64,000 bases of DNA from Lepidodermella squamata. Lineage: Eukaryota; Animalia; Gastrotricha. How positions within the stretch are numbered: position 1 is the first letter of the stretch; every line of letters starts with the position of its first letter. The notes beneath the pieces were generated by a model. That model did no database searches. It saw nothing but the letters and a program-made list of their open reading frames with translations, and was not told the DNA's origin. This document shows, piece by piece, positions 13,787 to 26,799 of the stretch. The position numbers were made by a program, and so were the translations under genes. The stretch spans positions 186,001-250,000 of the forward strand of contig JBLDXI010000003.1 in assembly GCA_047495785.1 (NCBI GenBank). Direction: 5' to 3'.

Positions 13787-16700
13787 CTAAACTGCCACGC
13801 CAATGTATAGATTGATACCCAACATAGCTTCAAGAGCCGCCATAAATGCAATTGTATCCACTAATCGAACGAATGAAATCCTGAACCTTCCAATGCTAAC
13901 AATTCTCGATAATAGCGCCTGTTGATCACGCTTTGAAGCTAGATTCGTCAGAATGATCTCATAGACCGTGATGGCTGCTACGACAGAAGATAACATGAGA
14001 ACGTAATTCGTGTATAGCAGCTGTTTAGAGGTCTCTGAAACGCTGTTCAGAACATCGGACTGTGCCACAACCAGCGCTAGCATAACAGTTGAACAGAGAA
14101 CAGGCCGATCAGGTACATCTGGTTCCATCAAAAACGAACCGAAGGCTACGATGATGAGGAGATAGCAAGGGATCAACAAGTTGACGATGAAAAAAGAAGG
14201 ATCTCGTTTGTATGTCAAAGCAATCTTCCCAAACGAAACAGGGTCTCCAGTTCGAGAGGGCGACGCGCAAGTTCCTCGACTCGATCGAGCATTCGTTAAG
14301 GTCCATATGCCGTTGGAAAGTGAATCGTAAGACTTGACGTAGACACCGCCGATGGCAACGTAACTAGCCGGCTCGTCCATTAGAAAAGTGAACTCACAAG
14401 TCTGAGAATCGAACGGAAATTTTGTCAGATCCAGTTTGCAAGCCGATGAGAAAGTTCCAATGCGGTCCCAGTGGAAAAACAACGTTCTGTTAGGCCGTGT
14501 TCCGTAGTACATGATTTGAGCCTTTTCCCCGTAGTGGTCATTACTCAAGTAAACATCAGTCGTTGAGTTTGGAAGGGCAATTTTCGGCTTCCAAAAATCT
14601 ATGCTAGCCACAGGAATAACCCGTTCTATCACCTCGGCATGAGGAGCTGTGTATTCAGCTGTACACGAGAGAACAGGCCATTGAACGAGAAATGAGCCCC
14701 AAAGCGATATTTCACTGTCAGCTTGGTCGATTGATACCAGTCTTTCTACGGAAAAGGTTAGATATATCGTGGAATTGACCTCAGGCGATCGGCGTCTAGG
14801 ATCGAGGTAAGGACAAGGTTGTAGGTCCTCATAGCGGACTAACGGCTCGTAGTGTCCATCGATTGGATTTGGTATTGGAGCTCTGTCATCTCCGTTCATT
14901 GTGAGATCAGATGAGAAAGTTACTCTTGTAGCTGGTTGCTCGGTCTCAGGAATCGAGTTAAGCATGTGACTGAGCGTTGTAGTAGTCTCACTAGCAACTG
15001 AAGTGGTCCCTGAACTAGTAAATTGCGAGATCATGCCTGACGAGGTAGTAGTTGCTGAGAAGGATAGGCTAGCGGATGATGTAGAACTGGTGGAGCTCGA
15101 CGATGTCGACGTCGGGGTCGGTGCTTCCCCTGCACTCAACTGCCACGCCATTCTAAAAATAAGTGAATAATATATGGCTAAGATCACTTTAGTATTGTTT
15201 TAAGCGTATACACTCTTCGAATCGCTACTAAATCTGGGCTGCCCAATCCCGTCAACGAGTATAGCATCTTTTTGTAAGAAGCTTCGCGGAACCCCGGAAC
15301 TGGGAAATTCTTGAAGCAATCGTATGTAGCCGTCAGTCCGTTGGCTGGCAGTTTCGCAACGGAAACATTGACGAAATCGTTAACAGCCTGGACAACAACG
15401 CGAAAACTCGCATTCCCGGATGTATCGAAAAAGGCCGAGTCACCGCATCCCGGGGATGAAGATATTGTTCCAGGTGGTGGCATCGTGACGTTGTCAGTTT
15501 TGTTTGGGTAATAGCCAATGTAAAACTCGCCTGTGTTTGGGAGAAGATTCTGCCAGATACCAAAGCCATAAAGGCTATTGACGCCATTAAAATCAGAAGA
15601 GTTCCCGATTTTAACTGAACATTTCAACGATATTAATATCAGGTGGCATAAGACTCGGGCTAACTTACTCCTCGAGGGGGAAATAAAGTCTTCATTAAAA
15701 ATCATGCTGAGCCATCCATGCGATCCTGTACCGCTGTATGAGACGTCAAAGTCGAATTCGATGCGCCAGTCATTGAAAACTTCGAAGTAGTACTGAAATC
15801 TTTCATTTTTCATTTTAGTTCTAATAAAAGCATATTGAATTACAGATGCTCCATAAGATTTCGAAGTTCCAGCTTTGTTAATGAGCGTGAGGCTTTTCGC
15901 AGCAGACACGGTAACTGGAAACGTAGTCCAGTTGTATTCTCCAGAGAAGTCGCAGCTGGCATAGCCGAAGAAGTTGGTCTTCCCAACGTTTTCTGGGAGC
16001 GCGAGTGTGTACAGATCTGCAATAGCCGGACTGTCTTCTGTGAGGCCCCACAAGTACCTGTAAAAAAAGAAGAATAGGTATGAGCCATTACTCACTTATC
16101 TAGGATCTCAATGGCTTCATTGAACAACGACGGAAAATATCGCGTTACTATTCTATTACAACGATTGAGACAAGATGCCAAGCGTTCAACTTACATTCGT
16201 TTCACGAGAGCTTCTCCAGCAACTCCGTTAACAGCGTAGAATATGGGTGCCGGGACGCCAAAGGTTAACTGTAACCCGATGGAGGCAAGGGTACCTATCC
16301 TTATTACAGTTGCACAACTTGCGCCAGAAGTAGGAACGGCCATCAACTTCGATTTGGGACAGAATATAATTAAGAATGATAACATATAGAAACCCGCTAA
16401 CTGTGATAACGTCAAACACGCTTTGATAGATCATGCGAAATTTTGCGACGCCTGACGATGACATGGCGCAACCGGAGTCAAATGAATACGTGGTCAATGA
16501 GACGTTGAAAGGCGGCGCTGTCGGAGTGCCATCATCCATGTAAGCCCTCCAGGTAATCACCATTTTGCCGCCGGATTCCAACTTGAGGAAAGTTATTAAA
16601 CCATAGCCGAAATATGCGAAAACGTCGTAGTAAGGCTTTCCCGGGGATGAAACATCTATAGAGCGAAATAGCTAGGAATTGTGTTTCATCCCCAATTAGA

Positions 16701-17456
16701 AGCTTACTAGGGAGCATTCGAGATGATGTGAGAGCAAATCCGAACCAGGAATCAGATGAGCCATTGGTTTTGTAGCGCAGCTCAACGTCGTATTCAAGTC
16801 GCCAATTTACCAAAAAGCGACCGGAGGAGCCAATCTTCTGTTAACAGTTGGGTCAAAGGTCAAAGTTAAGTTATCTGTTTCGTCATTTTTTAATAAAGAA
16901 TTGCCCTTAATAAAGAATTGAACAAAAAGATGGGTTTCGTAGATGCCAATCGCCAATTCGATTTTTAAAGATGGGTTTCGTAGATGCCAATCGCCAATTC
17001 GATTTTTAAAGATTCAACCCTGGAAAATATTTTTTATAGAACTTTTTACTCATGATATTTCCTACAATTAACAAAAATTAACTACTTCCTTTCATATTTC
17101 TTTATCCCATTGTTTGGACCGCATTGGAACTTTCTCATCGGTTTGCCATTATAAATTTAGTAAATTACTTGACCCTGGAGAACTGCGAAAGATTCATTTG
17201 GCGATGAGTTAGCCGCCGCCATGGAGTTGAGTTGGTAGCCGTTCGCAACCTTTGCAGCTGCGTAATGCGTCGTGAAAGTACCATTGCTGTTCACCAGTGC
17301 ATTTTCGACGTCAAACGAACTCTGCGGCACGAATAAGGTTGGTCCTTTGAATCCAATTGGTAAAGGCAGCGAGCTAATATCCGGCGCGGGGTCGTAACCA
17401 GCGGAGACTGCCGCAACCAAGGCAGTTCCGAAGAGATAAAATCTTCCTCGAAGCAT
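13787..17456 (-). CDS. Lectin-like-domain Cys-loop channel paralog C (8 exons, long Ser/Thr stalk)
   Basis: MLRGRFYLFGTALVAAVSA signal peptide; splice phases as in copy D; channel exon with CKLDLTKFPFDSQTC and M1-M4. Confidence 0.9.
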
Positions 17457-17931
17457 GGTATCAACGAGTGAAATTTATTCAGAGCAAGAGCGCATTTGAA
17501 ACTGCTCGACGTGGCATGGCGTGGTGGCGTGTTATGTTTCATTAGCTTTTGAATAGGCGTTGGAAACTAGAAGCCTATTGGTGAATTTTTACGCCTCCTC
17601 GTTCAATAGTTTGCTCGTGTTTACAGCTATGACCAATTATGCTGATGTCTACCTGGAATTGCTGGCAATGCTGAAGGCGTAGGACTCATGAATATCAAAC
17701 GCGACAAAAATATTGTATAAGGCGTGGTGGCTAGCTCCAACTACGCAGTGATAATTCGCTGATCTTCACGTGGCGACTCTTATTTCTGAAGTTTAAATAA
17801 TTAATCTGGTAATATGCTGTAATGGCTTTCAGCTGTGCGTGATGCGTGCGATTGTAAATTGAGGTAACGCTGAATATCGTCCCTGGACTAATGGTGAATG
17901 CTATCTCCAGATATTATGTACTGAATTACTT

Positions 17932-18320
17932 GGTGACACAGTGGCCTAGTGGTTAGGCGACTAGCATAGGGTATGCTAGTGTGGTTCTAGTGAGGCACGG
18001 GTTCAACGCCCGAGTCTGCACAAGAATTTGTGCTCACGACAGCGGCCGACCGAAGTCGCTGGATAAAATAAAATTCCGTTACTCGAGTACAAGTTGAAAC
18101 ACTTGCTTGAGGCTCGCGATGGGGCGGGCGTAGGTTACACGTGTGCAGTGACCCATCATCACTTCCCCCGCCTCAAAGGTAGCACACGGGAGAGCTGCGG
18201 TGAAAAACCAGCGGCGAGCAATGGGGGGACAGCTGGCAACTGTCTAGGAGGAAGTGCCCCACCATCAGAAGCGCCTCCGAATAACCGGGGCCACGGCCCC
18301 GCCGTAAATAAAAAAAAAAC
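17932..18320 (+). mobile_element. tRNA-derived SINE
   Basis: A-box TGGCCTAGTGG, B-box-like GGTTCAACGCC, A-rich tail at ~18306-18319; second copy at 6500-7490. Confidence 0.75.
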
Positions 18321-19017
18321 TTGAACTCGTATTTGATGTGAAACAATTTCCTTTCGAAATTTGGTAGCATTTTTTACATGTAAGGGTCAGTCCACAAAGA
18401 AATCCATTGATGTATGTTCATGTGTAAGGGCAACAGTACGTCATTCGTCATTAGCAAATTGAATTAGTTATTTGCTAAAAGCCACATTGGGAAAGTTCAT
18501 TGAAATTCTGGCCACAACATGGGAGGAGTGTAGAAGGGCCAGTGTGACCCTGATAAGCCAGGGAGGCAAGAAATGGGCAAAGAAGAAAATGCCTTTCGGG
18601 CATGCTTTTTCGAGGCACGCGGTTTTAGTTTCATGCCTACTCGAATACAAGCCAGATAAAAATGTCAATTTGCGATATTAGCAATAATACATTTTCTAAA
18701 ATATACACGCGGGTGTAGAATGATAATTAATTGCCTTGAACAAACACCAACAAACGAGCGCTCAGGATTGATAGTGTAGCCTGAAATCGTTGCAGGCGAT
18801 CGGAGATAAATTGATCAGGGATCCGGGATGGGTTAGCGGTTTCAAATTATTTCCCTTCATCTAACCATGAGACGCCGCGGTTTCGAAGCCACCATTCGCT
18901 ATTTTCTCAACTTTTCTAGACGTTTTTCTGCAAAACCAATGAATAATTTTTTTCCATAATTTCAAAAATTAAATTTCAAAATTATTACTACCTACCTATG
19001 AATTAAAATATTCATAA

Positions 19018-19175
19018 GCAAGGTCATCTGTTTGGCGGTAACAAGCGATTTCTTTCCAAAGCTTTCCATGCGTTAATAAAACTCCTTATTTCGTGTTCCC
19101 GCGTGACCCTGCTATAGCTGCCTCTTTCCGGCTTTGGAAAGATTTTCCGTGTTACCGCCAAATGACGACCTCGCG
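19018..19175. mobile_element. MITE-like element
   Basis: AGGTCATCTGTTTGGCGGTAACA ... TGTTACCGCCAAATGACGACCT imperfect inverted ends. Confidence 0.5.
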
Positions 19176-19428
19176 CCGCGCTGTGTTTTCTTGAGTGCGA
19201 GTATCATCAAATAATATATTTTTAAAATAATTATTTAAAGAATTCAATTATTTACAAATATATTTTTTTAGCCGCAGGCAGGAAACTGACGAATTACATG
19301 ACCCCTCGGTTGCCAACCGCCGTGATTTATTTTATTGTCCTGTATTTTAGCATGTCGTAGTTTTATTTATATAGGCCCTCCGCCGGCCGGCGCTATAGGC
19401 ACAGAATGGTTGTCATCAGAGCATGAAC

Positions 19429-19624
19429 ATATCGTTAACGTCGTTGAATAACTCGGATTTAGGCTTGTTTACATCTATTTCACAGATAATAGATGACAAA
19501 TAAAAAGTGTTTTGTTTTTGCTTCTTCATTCATACTCAAAAAGCCCATTTTTACTTGTCACCCGTGACCTTGAAATGAATGAAAACAAGCCTAAATCCGA
19601 GTTATTCAACGACGCTAACGATAT
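19429..19624. mobile_element. MITE with ~42-bp TIRs
   Basis: ATATCGTTAACGTCGTTGAATAACTCGGATTTAGGCTTGTTT and its near-perfect reverse complement; partial second copy at ~12925-13000. Confidence 0.75.
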
Positions 19625-19879
19625 ATTGCCCCCATGTTATCTAGGGCTCGAAGCATTAATAAATTGAACATTATCACAGGCAGTTCATATTTTCGAGTTT
19701 TATGTTGTTGTTTTTTATTTTTGTCGATTTTTGTTGGCTTTTTGTGCGTTTTTGTAGAAAGGTAGAAAAGTCGATCGAGGGTTCGGGCTCGTTGCGCAAA
19801 TTGAGTAGGGCTGAAAATTATCGAAGGTTGTTAACGGCAATAATAAAGGGCTTACAGGCAGGGCTATTCCAGCTCATCA

Positions 19880-21631
19880 GACAAGGGTCAGGCTCAGAAA
19901 GGCTCAAGGCTCAAGGGTCAGGCTCATAACGGCTCAGGCTCAGGCTCAGGCTCAGGGCTCTGTAAGGCAAGGAGGAGATCAATTCATTAAGCGGTAAGCT
20001 TACATATTATTTCGGGATGGCTCGAGAGGGGCACAGAAGGGCGAGGATCGCAAGGGCACCTAGAGGAATACAGGAAGCCACAGGCTCACATTAGTTTTTA
20101 GGGAAAATGTCGGTGATGAGGCGGCAGGGCTTAGCCGGGGCACCAATGCAGTCACGCAAGTGCCATGCTGGACAGTGCTTCTCCAGCATTCGGAGGCCGA
20201 AGGCGTCGGGCTGGAAGCTCGCAACGTAGGATATGTAATCCTTCATTCCGTTATTTGCGTTGAGGCACCTGGTGGCGTACCACATCAGTTGACGACTCGT
20301 TACAGTTCGCGCAGAATCGAGTGCTTTCGTCTGTCTTGGTCTCGCAGTCTTCGTAGTCATGTTTGCCGGCACAGTGTGCGCAAATTAGAACATTGGCCCT
20401 GCAGTCGCGGTCCAAATGGTCGAATGACTGGCATTTGCCACATCGCGGCACAGGAGGATCTGGACGCATCAAGCGGCCTCTTAGAGCACGTGATTGCAGT
20501 TCGAGTTTTTCATCTGCGAAATCTCTGGCTAATTGGACTTCTTCGAAAATAAAAATGACTTTTAGCCTCGGGTCCTTTAGGACTTTTAGCGCGAGTAGGA
20601 ATGGCGTCTTCAAGCTTGTCGCTCCAGTCGCGCTTCAAATCAGTGATTGGGTACCATGCAGGGTAGTTGGTGCACAGCGCAGCTCTGCCTTCACGTTCCG
20701 CGATTTCTTGGCTTGAGATCTTGCGGCCAGTGTGGTCGGGTGCTTGATCCACCTTCTTGTTCGGAAAAAGCTCGTAGTAGCGGCGAGATCGATGAACCCT
20801 GAGTTTGCCTCCCAGGGCACCAGCCGGCCAGGTTTCAGGCTTGAGCGGCATACAATTCGCACGCCGCCGCGGCCCAGACCCTGAGCTAGCTCGATTTTGA
20901 TTTGGGGGAAGATTCGCGAGAATTCTTTCTCGGCAGCCTCGGTGCATAGGTCGCGCGGTAAGTTGTCCAGATGGATCACCCGAGATTCGCGCGATTTTTG
21001 GATGTTGATCTCGCGCTCGGATATCTCGTTGACTTGCTTTTGCTCTGCCGGTTGCCTCGACCACTTCGATGGGGTTGACTGAGATGTCATTTGGCGATAG
21101 TGGACCTGCTGGCGGCTGGGCTGTTGACCAGTGGTGGCTGAGAACGCCACTTTTAGGCCTTTGGTAGACGGCCGGCCGGTGGTTGAGGGTGACATATTAT
21201 TAAAAATAGACACTAGGTTACTTTCTAGCTCAGGCATGACATGCAAGACGCATAGTCTACGCTAAGACGCTAAGTCCAACCGCGCCGCCTAATTTAGCTC
21301 GGTGGCCATCACTTATTAATACCAGGTAGAAGTACTGTTGAGATTGGGTCAACGCATACCATTTGCTCCTCAGAGTCGCACCGTCTGGGGTGGAGTCAAT
21401 GATGTATTGAGCATGAGCTTGTAGCGCTTCCTCGAGATTCGGACTCGAGGTCGTAATGTTGGCGAACTGCTTTCTTAGAGGTTGATATTCCTCAGGAATC
21501 GAAGCTAGAGAACCAACGGAAATAATGCATCGGATGAAATCAATCATTTCATCCTCATCCTGAAAAAGGATAGAGCCAGAGTCGGATGACTCGCCGTCGC
21601 CATCCATCATGTTGGTAATAAGTAGGGGCAA
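19880..21631 (-). mobile_element. Decayed non-LTR retrotransposon ORF1 (gag-like zinc knuckles), no RT visible
   Basis: CGKCQSFDHLDRDC (CX2CX4HX4C), CAHCAGKHDYEDC (CX2CX3HX4C) and CANC..H; split across several frames; (GGCTCA)n at the 3' end. Confidence 0.7.
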
Positions 21632-21827
21632 GCTAGGTTAGGCCCGGCTTGGTTAATTAGGAAAGAAGGCGTATAAGTTAGTGAATTGGGGGAAAATGGC
21701 TCAGTGCCAGTATGTTATTTTTCCGGCGGTGCTGTGAAAATAAAAGTTAAGGTTGGGAAAAAATAACGAACAAAACAATTTGAAATAAGAAAATTTTTAA
21801 TTTTTTAAGCGTCAAAAATTAAACTTA

Positions 21828-22181
21828 GGGGGACAAATAAGACGAGGACAAATACGACGGGACAATTAAGACGAGGACAAATAAGACGGGACAAATAAGA
21901 CAAATAAAAAATAACGATGTTATTGGGCTTTTGGTTTGGATTTTGGTTAGGGTTAGGATTAGGATTAGTTTAGGTCAGGCTTAGGGTTAGGGTTAGGGTC
22001 AGTGTTAGGGTTAGGGTTAGGGTTAGGGTTAGGATCAGGATTTGGCTTATTTGTCCCGTCTTATTTGTCCTCGTCTTAATTGTCCCGTTGTAAAATTAAT
22101 AATTAATTATCTTGATCGTCCTCGTCTTTTTTGTCCCGTCTTAATTGTCCATATCTAAATTGTCCTGTCTTATTTGTACCC
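21828..22181. mobile_element. MITE with repeated GGACAAATAAGAC arms and internal (TTAGGG)n
   Basis: Arms 21828-21905 and ~22046-22181 are inverted; degenerate TTAGGG array ~21945-22035; TTA on both flanks (possible Harbinger-type TSD). Confidence 0.65.
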
Positions 22182-23149
22182 TTACCAAATTAAAAACTGC
22201 TGAGAATTCATTTACAGCAAATAATCGGCGAGATTTTGTGTTAAGATGTGTTGATCTTGTTGATCTTAAGCAAAAAAAGGAGACTTGAAGATGATTGCAA
22301 AAAATGTAATGAGATGATTCATTGGTCGACTTGGACTTTGGAACTCACCCGCACCCACCGCGCCCATTGTTTACACAGTGAACCGCAGATCGTTTTAAAT
22401 ATTAGTGGAGATATTAGTATTTCTCCTAGGAAAAACCGATCGGGGCCTTGGCAGTCAATGAGTTAACGATGGCGTTCGCAAGTTCGGCTCGCTGGGCTGG
22501 TATTGCCTTGTCAATTGAACGGAACGGCGCCTCTTTCGTTTTCAAACAAACACATGGCGATGGACCTGCCACCTGTCGAGATCCTGTCACTAAATGTTTC
22601 ACAATTGAAGCCTGTTTCGTGCTATTCGGTTAAATCCATTAAAATCGCAAATCGCAAATCTCGTGAATTGTTCTTTTGAGCCTGGAGCTAAAACAGGTGA
22701 AAATTCGGATTTCGATAAGTATGGAGTCTTGGGAGCTCCCAGAGGTTCAGAAGCATCTGAAGATCATCTGAAACGATGTTTTAGCTCACAAATGTTTTTC
22801 GATACATGTCCTGAAAAATCTGAAATCCGTTAAACTTTAAACCAAGCGCTGAATTATTTTATTTTCGCCAGTGCAGCACAACAATTTTGACTTTCGAGCG
22901 AGGTAACTACGCAGAGGCAAAACCTTCACAAATCGCTGGGTTTTCATTGTACGTTCATTAGTACAAAGTAGTCAGTCTGTGTGCTTTTATTGTTGAGAAA
23001 AATATCAGACAACTCTTCGCGGCTTCTCCTCCCCAAGCCAAACAATTATCGTCTAAGTAATGAGGTGCCTAGCAGCACTGCCTTCCTTGCGAACCTCACG
23101 TTCCGAGTGAGATTTCAAACTCTGTGTGTCACATGATCCATTATGGTCC

Positions 23150-23200
23150 ATAAATAATAAATAGATAGATAAATAGATAAATAATAATAAATAAATCAGA
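23150..23200. repeat. (TAAA/TAGA)n microsatellite
   Basis: Seen directly. Confidence 0.7.
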
Positions 23201-23473
23201 TAGAAGAGTTGCGTTCAGAAGTCAATAATAGGTTTGAAGACCGTCTTCCACACGAGTCTTCAAAATTGATTATTACAGACATCAATTACAGCTCATTGTT
23301 TGAGGTGCAATAAGAATATTATTTGTCATGCAGCGAAAAATCGCTGAAATTCTCTCAATTATAGCCTTTTACTAATGTTTTTTTTGCTAGGGAGGAGCTG
23401 ACAATTCATAATTTATCAGCATGATGAATAAAACGTGCGCAGCTTTTCGAGCTTCATTCGAAAATTTCGCACC

Positions 23474-26400
23474 ATGCTCCGAGCAAGCTCTCTAATCTTG
23501 CTAGCAGTTACTACAGTTTATGCGGGTTACGATCCCACGCTGGATACTAACTCTTTGCAGCTTCCGATCGGCTACAAAGGGCCGCCGGTGTACCAGGCGT
23601 ATTGTTCATTCGACGGCGAAAATGCTCAGGTCAACAGCAATGCCTCGTTCATACCGTTGTACTCTGGTCGAAAAGTTGCGAATGGCTACCAACTAAATTC
23701 GATGGCAGCGGCAAACTCCTCGCCGAATGAATCTCTCGCTATTTTGCAGGGCCCCGTGAGTTATCTGGATACTACCTTTCCCTTATCGGTGTAAACGTCC
23801 AACTATTTTTTGATGCAAAGGTAGTGGGATTACGCTTAGAAAACTGGCGTTTGGAGTACGAAGTTGAGCTGCGATACAAAACTAATGGATCATCAAATGC
23901 CTGGTTCGGATTTGCATTAACGCTTAATGTCATGAGACCAAGTAAGTTCCTATACATCTCAAACTCATTCGCAAGCTCATTTCCCTGATCACAGATGTCT
24001 CATCTGCTTCTTCAACGTACTACGACGTTTTCACAAATTATGGATTCGGTACCGTGGCTTTTCTCAAGTTGGAACCGAATGGTAAAGTAGTGATCACCTG
24101 GAGGAGTGCTATGGACACTGGACCGCCTATTGCACCGCCCTTCAATGACACAACAAATCGGTTTACGTTTGACACAAGTTGTGTCATTTCCTCTACAGGC
24201 CTCGCTAAATTTCGTATGATCTACCAAAACGTCTTAGATTCTTTAACAGTTTGTGTTGAATTGATTGTCATATTGCGATGATTTTCTCAAATCTATTTCA
24301 AGGTGGCAGTGGTTCCTAGCTCTGGGGGAGCAGCATGTTCTACTGCTGTGATTTATGTCATGGGCTTGACTTACCAGATACTATACAACGTGATCATGCC
24401 TCGTTTCTACGCTATTAATGGAGCCGATGGAGACGCTCTCGTGAAACGCATGTAAGTAGACATTTTCTATAACTTCTGGGATATTAACCAATCAACGATT
24501 TGTGAAGTGTAAAAAGGTTCTTTTCAAATCCGTTAGCTTTGTAGCTATATTCTCTTTTCGTTAAGGTACTGGTGGGGTCTCACTGAAGACTCTCCGGCCA
24601 CTCCAGATCAGTACACCTTAGCCCTACCAGCTAACACTGGAACCACGACTTTCAGTGGTTATACAAGCTACGACTACACGGGTGAATACAATTTCACAAC
24701 CAAGCCTGTGGTGTTAACCGCTTCGAAAAACTATGAGCTAATCAGCAGCACTATCTCACCGAGACTGTTTGCAGATCAGGTAAGTGTATCTGTCCTCCTA
24801 TCAAGACGTTATATCACTGAGTGTATAATTGCAGTTTATTTTTAATTTCTTCGCCGACTGGCGCGTCGAATTCGACATCGAAGTGTCATGCAGCCTCAAT
24901 GGATCTCAAGGTTGGCTTGGCTTGATTTTTGGCCTGTCTGGGACTTACCCGAAAATAAGTGAGAATTTATTGAGACAAGTTCTGTTTTATCATCTGATTT
25001 TAGTAAAAATGGGCAATTCGTCTGATTTCAATGGCAACACTGACATTATTGGGCTCGGAATCTGGCAGAATCTTCTCCCAAACACAGGCGAGTTTTACAT
25101 CGGCTATTACCCTACCAAAACTGGCAATGTCACAATTCCGCCCCCTGGAACGATATCTTCATCCCCGGGCTGTGGGGATACCGCATTTTTTGATGCATCT
25201 GGTAGTGCAAGTTTCCGCATCGCTGTGCAGCATGTCAACGATTCGGTGAATGTTTCCTTGGCTAAACTACCAGCGAATGGAGCCATGGCTTCTTACGACT
25301 GCTTCAAAAACTTCCACGTTCCAGGATTCAGAGACTATGTCTACCGTAACTCGATGCTATATTCCATTTTCGGATTGGGTAGACCTAATTACGTCGCCTT
25401 TCGAAGAGCGTATTATTGGGCCCGTGAAGAATTATTTATAATTTCATTAATTTCATACTTTCAGAATGGTTTGGCGGTTGACTGAAGGACCGGCGCCCCC
25501 CTATTCAAGGTCAACAACACCTCTTACATCTACAAAATCCCCCGATCTTCAAACTTCTACCTGGCCTGAAATATCTAACTCAAGCTCAGAGTTATTTCTA
25601 GACGATCTTGGTGTAACTGATGCAAGTAAGGCTCCGATTCCTGACCCTTTGGATGGAAATTATGAACCAGCTGTCACTTACAAGGACCTAGAGACGTGTC
25701 CTTACCTTAATAGTGAACGGAGATCCCCTCAGGTGAACACGTCCATATACCTAACTTTCTCTGCTGAGAGGTTGGTGGCGATCGACCAGGTTGAGAGTGA
25801 GATTTCTCTATGGGGCTCTTTGCTAGTTCAATGGCCTATTCTTTCATGCTCCGCTGAATACACAGCTCCCAGTGCCGAAGTCACTGAGCGAGTGATTCCA
25901 GTGAGCAGCGCCACCTTTTGGCGGCCGAAAATTACACTGCCAAATTCTACGACCGATGTTTACCTGAGCAACTTCGGGGAAAAAGCTCAAATCATGTACT
26001 ATCCAACAACACCGAATCGAACAATTTTTTTCCACTGGGACCGAGTCGGAACCTTCTCGTCAGCTTGCAAGATGGATCTATCGAAATTCCCGTTTGATTC
26101 TCAGACCTGCGAGTTTACTTTCATGCTGGACGAACCAGCTACATTTGAAGCCATCGCGGGCGTCTATGTCAGATCCTATGATACACTTTCAAATGGCATG
26201 TGGACCCTGATGCATGCTCGAACGATGCGTGGAACTTGCGCATCTCCGAGTCGAATAGGAGCCCCTGTTTCCTACGGCAAAATCGCCCTGACATACAAAC
26301 GCGATCCAACTTATTTCATCGTCAACTTGATGATTCCTTGTTATCTTCTCATTTTCGTTGCTTTCGGTTCTTTCCTTATGGAGCCTAATGTTCCAGACCG

Positions 26401-26719
26401 GCCTGTTCTCTCATCAACTGCCATGCTAGCACTGGTCGTAGCTCAGTCTGATGTCCTGAGCAGTGTCTCTCAGAATTATAAACAGCTCTTGTACACGAAC
26501 TACGTTCTGATGTTATCCGCCCTTGTATCGGCCATCACCGTCTACGAGATTATAATGACGAATCTAACTGCTAATGAGCAAAATAAGCTCGTCTTATCAA
26601 AGCTGATAATAGTGAAAGGCCGAAAGATCTCTTTAATCCGACTTCTTGACATATTCGCGTTTTTGCTGGCTTTTGAAGCTCTGCTTGGGATTAACATATA
26701 TCTGTTCATGGCGATTTGA
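23474..26719 (+). CDS. Lectin-like-domain Cys-loop channel paralog D, 934 aa
   Basis: Exons 23474-23755, 23821-23941, 23995-24248, 24303-24451, 24566-24779, 24835-24958, 25004-25409, 25465-26719. All introns are GT-AG and the exons total 2805 nt in one open frame. Cys-loop CKMDLSKFPFDSQTC. Confidence 0.92.
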
Positions 26720-26799
26720 TGGCAGCTTGAGTTCCAGATATCTCATACTGTGATTATCATTTCATTAATGTGAATTATTCATTGCGTGACCACTTAAAA

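Noticed and set aside
15184-16095. 303-aa ORF (and 24829-25485) as standalone genes
   Set aside because: They read through short in-frame introns; the equivalent intron in copy F contains a stop codon, and splice sites are conserved.
17932-18015. Functional tRNA gene
   Set aside because: No proper cloverleaf; it is the head of a repeated SINE.
21945-22035. True telomere or chromosome fusion site
   Set aside because: Short, degenerate, single orientation and enclosed by MITE-like arms.
21828-22181. CRISPR-like repeat array
   Set aside because: Eukaryotic context; repeats are inverted arms without unique regular spacers.
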